From Azolla caroliniana (lineage: Eukaryota > Plantae > Polypodiophyta), in contig JBHGNT010000906.1 in the NCBI GenBank assembly GCA_043228905.1, positions 1 through 14,044 on the forward strand: 14,044 nucleotides of DNA. The letters are read 5' to 3'. Below, piece after piece: positions 9,728 through 14,044 of the stretch. Position numbers and translations under genes: made by a program. The notes beneath the pieces are model-generated. The model searched no databases. It was not told where the DNA came from and saw only the letters and a program-made list of their open reading frames with translations. The first letter of the stretch is position 1, and each line of letters starts with the position of its first letter.

Positions 9728-11977
9728 GCAAGTCCTATACTAATATAGCAGTCAGTTGACACGTGGTGCGCCTGTTTTTAAAGGCTTTAATTATCCACCC
9801 ACCACACCTTTTCAAAGTGCCCGTTCGCTCCTCGCCTCTGCATGATGACTTCTTTTTTTCTTTTCTTTTTTTAAATTGAGTTTTAGTTAGCCGGAAGCAC
9901 CGAGTCCGTATCCCGGTTTTTCCCCATCTTCACGTTTGTCGGCCACCTGTTTGTCGTTATCCGGTAACGCCGGCTCTGCCTGACTGTCGGGTATTTCTTT
10001 CCTGCTTCCCACTGTTGTATCAGCCTCCGTCTGCTCAAACAGATTTTGTGGCATAGGTCCACAATATGGTTTTAGTCGAAACCCATTGACCCATTTGCCC
10101 ATTATCTCACCGGCGAGCGTTCCAAGCTGGTATGACCCATTGAATTCCCGCGTTATCCAATACGGTCCAGTCCACCGGAACCGTAGCTTTCTCGGCATCT
10201 GACCCATCCGGGTCTGGAACACCAGTACCAGCTTGCCGATCCCGAACATCTTCTCATTGCCCTTCCGGTGCCGATCAACAAACGCCTTCCTCTGTCACTG
10301 CTCCAGTTCCAACTGCATGAGACTTGCTATCCGATGCTCCTCGAGTTCGCATAATGCGGCTAACCGGATTTTTTCCGATTCCTTTTCACTTAGTCGTTCT
10401 CTAACCTATATCCGCAAACTCGAAACCTAAAATTCGATCGGCATTACTGCTTCAAGCCCAAATGCTAACCAGAATGGTGTTGACCGGATACTTGTTTTGT
10501 ATGTCGTCCGGTATGCCCATTGTGCACTCTATAGCTTGGTGTCCCAATCAGTTCGGTTTTCATTGACGATCTTTCGCAAGATGTTTTGGAGCGTTTTGTT
10601 CGTGGATTCGGCCAGTCCATTGGCCTGTGGATAATAAGGGGCACTACGCTTGTGTACCACGGCATAGAATGTTGTTAAGCTCTCCACTACTTGACCGAGA
10701 AAATGTCCGCCTTGGTCGCTAATTAACTTGATCGGGCATCCATACCGGCACCAGATGTACTCATATAAGAACTTTGTCGTTGATGTCGCAGTGTTGTCCC
10801 ACAAAGCCTTGGCTTCTACCCACTTGGTGCAATAATCGGTGGCGACTATAACATATCTGTTTCCGGTTCTCATTGCGGGAGGTTTAAACGGCCCAACGAA
10901 ATCCAGCCCCCATTTTTGAAAGGGTTCTAAGGGCAGCACCGGTTGGTGAGGCATCCTTGCTTGTTCTGTTGGTTGGCCCATCCACTGACACAAATCACAG
11001 ACTTTCACGTACTGAACCGAGTCCTTTAGTGTCGTCGGCCACCATAGCCCGTTGTGCCATATTTTTCTTGCCGTAGCATCCCCGACATAGTGCCCTCCGG
11101 CAACGCCACAATGCGCTTCTCATAAGATTGTGTCCTTTTTGTCGCTTCGCACAGCTCCATATGCCATCCGCGCCATTGTGGTACAGGGTGTCCTGTAGTA
11201 GACAAAAATGTCGGGTTTGCACCGCGAACCGCTTTCGCTCATCCCGGTTCATCTCCTCTAGTGGGAGTCTCGTGCTTAGGAATTGATGCATGTTGGTTAG
11301 CCATTTGTCTTCGTCGACTACCGTGCTATCGATTGCCGTTTCTGCTGTTACTTTAAACAACTCGGCATCCAGAAACTCATCCGGGACTCCATCACCGGTC
11401 TCGCCGGAATGTAACTGACTCAGGTAATCGGCAGCCGCATGTTGTATTCCCGGCCGGTGATATATTTCAAACTCAAACTCTTGTAGCAACAATGTCCACC
11501 GGGCCAGCTTGTCGATGAGTGATGCCTTTGAGACCAAATAGACTAGCGTTGAGCAGTCGACATGAAATGAGAATTTCTTTCCAAATAAATAGTGTCGGAA
11601 CTTGGTAACACTGTAAATCATCCATAAGGCTTCTCGTTCCGTTGTTGAATAATTTCGTTCTGCTTGGGATAGTTTCCGACTAGCATAATAGACCGGTCGG
11701 TACCATTTCGGTTCCGTCAGTTGCATTTTAAGTGCGTTGTCGATTGCTATGTCGGACGCATCAACGTGTTGAGAACACGACGTTCCTTATGTCCGACGCT
11801 CGGCCACAACCGAGATTCTTTTCATACACAGAAAAAACAGGTAATGAAACGCGACACAAAGGGGAGAAATGGTACACAGGAGGTTTACGTGGAAAACCCC
11901 AAAATAAGGGAAAAAACCACGGCAGCCCACAGGCTGCAAACTGTCACTAAGTAGGAATATACAACAGTGAGTTCACT

Positions 11978-12064
11978 GAGGCAACGACCTCGTGCTCTCA
12001 GATCTTCGCCACAGGCGGCGGTTACAACAGAGGCAACGACCTCGTCTCTCTCTCTCTCTCTCTG
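11978..12064. repeat. 16-bp direct repeat plus (TC)n microsatellite in the solo LTR
   Basis: GAGGCAACGACCTCGT at 11978-11993 and 12030-12045; TC run at 12045-12064. Confidence 0.9.
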
Positions 12065-12237
12065 TACAGTTACGCGCTCTCTCTTCTTCTTGCACCAACA
12101 AGGAAGAATAACGACAACAAAAACAACAACCCTAAAAGTTTGCCCTAAGTCATATTTATACTAATATGACTTTTCGGCTATTTACAAATGTAGCCTCGAT
12201 GGGCTCTCAGAAACATATTTACGAATATGTCTCTTCC

Positions 12238-12359
12238 TCCGGTTCATACCGAGCCTACACCATCCGGCTCTCCGCAGTCGGGTACTCCCCATCTGGTTCA
12301 TACCGGGCCTACACCATCCGGCTCTCCGCAGTCGGGTACTCCGCATCCGGTTCATACCG
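12238..12359. repeat. 54-bp tandem repeat (about 2.3 copies) in the solo-LTR U3
   Basis: Units start at 12238, 12292 and 12346 (TCCGGTTCATACCGAGCCTACACCATCCGGCTCTCCGCAGTCGGGTACTCCCCA). Confidence 0.95.
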
Positions 12360-13096
12360 TTTCGGCCTCGGCCTATCGGCCTCGGTCGAGTTTGTTCGTC
12401 GGCACTGTTCTTCTCCCTTCCCATCCGGAGGGACCTGTCTCCCAACACAACGAACACGTGGAATTCTTTTGACCAGTCCGGTGGTTGTACTACCGGTGCT
12501 TGTGATATCAGTACTTTCAGTGCTCGGTAAGCCTCATCCTCCGTATTTGTCCATTGGAACGGTGTTTGGTGAACCGCGGCATGCAATGGTGTAGCAAGAT
12601 TGGCTAAATACCGGAGCATCCGGCTATGCCACCGGATTTGCCCTAGAAACCGACTCAAAGCTTTGGCCGTGGATGGCGCCGGTGCTTCTAAGATTACTTT
12701 CACCTTATCGGGGTCTACCGCGATCCCGTCCTTGCTGACAAGATGGCCTAGCAATGCACCGCTTGTTACTCCGAACACACACTTTGCTGGATTCAAGCTT
12801 AGCTGATAACTCCTGCATTTCTCGAGACATAGCCGGAGATGTTAGAGATGTTCTCCTTCTCGGCTATACACGGCGAAGTCATCTAGGAATACCTGCATGA
12901 ATGCCGGAATGAACTCGCCAAATATTTCCATGATTATTCGTTGGAAGGTCGTCGGCGCGGTCTTGAGCCCGAACATCATTACCACTGCGACAAAGACTCC
13001 CCATTCGGTGACAAAGGCCATCTTGTCTTGGTCGTTGGGGTGCATCCTAATTTGATTGTAGCCGCTGAAACCATCTAGGAAGCTATACACTTCATG

Positions 13097-13936
13097 CGCA
13101 AGGGTTCCCAGAGTGCTGCTAGGAATATTGCTTTAGCCTCTGCCTCCGGTGGTGCCCGATTGAGTTGATTGTGCATTCGCTGGAATCGGATTACGAATTG
13201 TTGAATGGTTTTCGTAGGTTCCTGCCGTATGGTGTAGAATAGGCCGACCATCTCCCATTGATCTACCTCCTTGTTGAAGAATTGTAAAAATCTGGTTTTT
13301 AAGTCTTCAAACGTCGTGATGGTGTCGGGAGTGTGCATCAAGCGCCATCGCGTTGCTGGTCCTTCCAAGGTCATGCCGAACTCTGCCATCTTCGAGCATT
13401 CTGCTTTGGCGGCGGTCAAGCGTTGCGACACGTGGTTTGCTTCCCATGTTTGCAGAAATGCATAGACATGAGCTTCTACGTTCGGATCATCTCGGTACTT
13501 GGGATATTGCAACAGCATGTCGTCGTCCGGTGTTGAAGGTCTCCCCTCCACTTCTTTTGGTGTCAGAGGTCTTTCCTCCTCTTCTTTCGGTGTCAGAGGT
13601 TTTTCTCCTCTTCTTTCGGTGTCTTATGTGACGATGTCAGAAGTTGGTCCGCCACTTGTCGGTCTAGGGCTTCCAGTTCTGTTAACTTTGGTTCTGGTGT
13701 CGGCAAGGTATCCGACTGCTCGTCCTCCGGTCCGTCTGGGGTATCGTGGCTGCTACAGTAATTTGAATAGGGTTGCATTCACCGTCCGAATCCGATTCGA
13801 AGGCCGAGAATGGTTCTGAATCGCCTCCCCCTATCGCTAGTGCCTGCAGAATGGATTCCGCGTCTCGGAGACTACTCAAGCTGCTTCCTTCGTCCGGTTG
13901 GGAATTTTGTTGCCCGCGGAGTGACTCTGCGGCCAC
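13097..13936 (-). pseudogene. gag: gag of element B (N-terminal and capsid part), frameshifted and C-terminally deleted
   Basis: FGMTLEGPATRW..TTFEDLKTRFLQFF..FYTIRQEPTKTIQQFVIRFQRM is typical retrotransposon gag with a major-homology-like region. It lies upstream of pol. The start is approximate. Confidence 0.82.
13529..13623 (-). repeat. 30-bp coding tandem repeat in gag (TPKEEEERPL-like, about 3.2 copies)
   Basis: Units start at 13529, 13559, 13589 and 13618. The third is 29 bp, which shifts the frame. Confidence 0.9.
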
Positions 13937-14044
13937 TCACCGGATTACTTTCGAAAATGACCGATCCGCACGGATCTCTTCTGCCGCCTATTGGAAAGCC
14001 TCTCGCTTTCGCAATCGTTTGGCAAGTCTTTTTGCTCGCTCCGT

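Larger units (their letters stand above)
11767..12447 (-). mobile_element. Solo LTR (681 bp), possibly Copia-type, with 5-bp TSD CAACG
   Basis: TGTTG...CAACA ends, with CAACG at 11762-11766 and 12448-12452. Removing it restores EFHVFVDASD. Minus-strand TATAAATA at 12153-12160 and GGGGTTTTCCACGTAAA at 11884-11900, a motif I recall from plant Copia LTRs. Confidence 0.92.
9887..13096 (-). pseudogene. pol: pol pseudogene of element B (C-terminal RT, RNase H, integrase), interrupted by a solo LTR
   Basis: YSFLDGFSGYNQI, FLDD, LNPAKC, EFHVFV|DASD, NYSTTERE, CDLC, WGLDFVGP, ISDQG, NGLAE, GPY, VNGFRLKPY. Several stops and frameshifts. Confidence 0.95.
6452..14044 (-). mobile_element. Ty3/Gypsy LTR retrotransposon B (same lineage as A, distinct family), internally deleted; 5' LTR outside the window
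   Basis: gag, partial RT, RH, INT, long extra ORF, module and LTR on the minus strand. Pol peptides align closely with element A. Confidence 0.92.

Noticed and set aside
12166-12594. 142-aa ORF with repeats, or a CRISPR-like array
   Set aside because: It spans the solo-LTR/RT junction and just translates a 54-bp tandem repeat. There are no unique spacers.
1-14044. A and B as arms of one inverted duplication or a DIRS-like element
   Set aside because: Their LTRs and extra ORFs differ, pol has diverged at the nucleotide level, and both encode DDE integrases.

Overview
There are no host genes here. The window is a nested cluster of decayed plant LTR retrotransposons, and the protein style suggests a bryophyte or other early land plant (inference). 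Element A (+, <1..4392) is a non-chromovirus Ty3/Gypsy with a broken PR-RT-RH-INT pol, a short extra 3' ORF and a 456-bp 3' LTR. Next come a degenerate gag-like fragment and a Ty1/Copia RT fragment, which is cut by the 3' end of a related Gypsy, element C (-, 5719..6451). Element C is itself cut by a third relative, element B (-, 6452..>14044). B has gag fused by deletion to mid-RT, a 681-bp solo LTR with a CAACG target-site duplication inside its RNase H, an integrase, an extra ORF of about 940 codons and a 398-bp LTR. Main observation: none of the three diverged Gypsy elements has a polypurine tract next to its 3' LTR. Each instead has a ~41-nt hairpin module with compensatory base changes, ending 2 nt before the LTR in a tRNA-3'-end-like sequence (GTCCCACGGGCGTGCCA in A), i.e. 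an inverted primer-binding site. Each module follows an extra ORF ending in a conserved (S/G)ILDILxxx-stop peptide. This suggests a non-canonical, possibly tRNA-dependent, plus-strand priming system.
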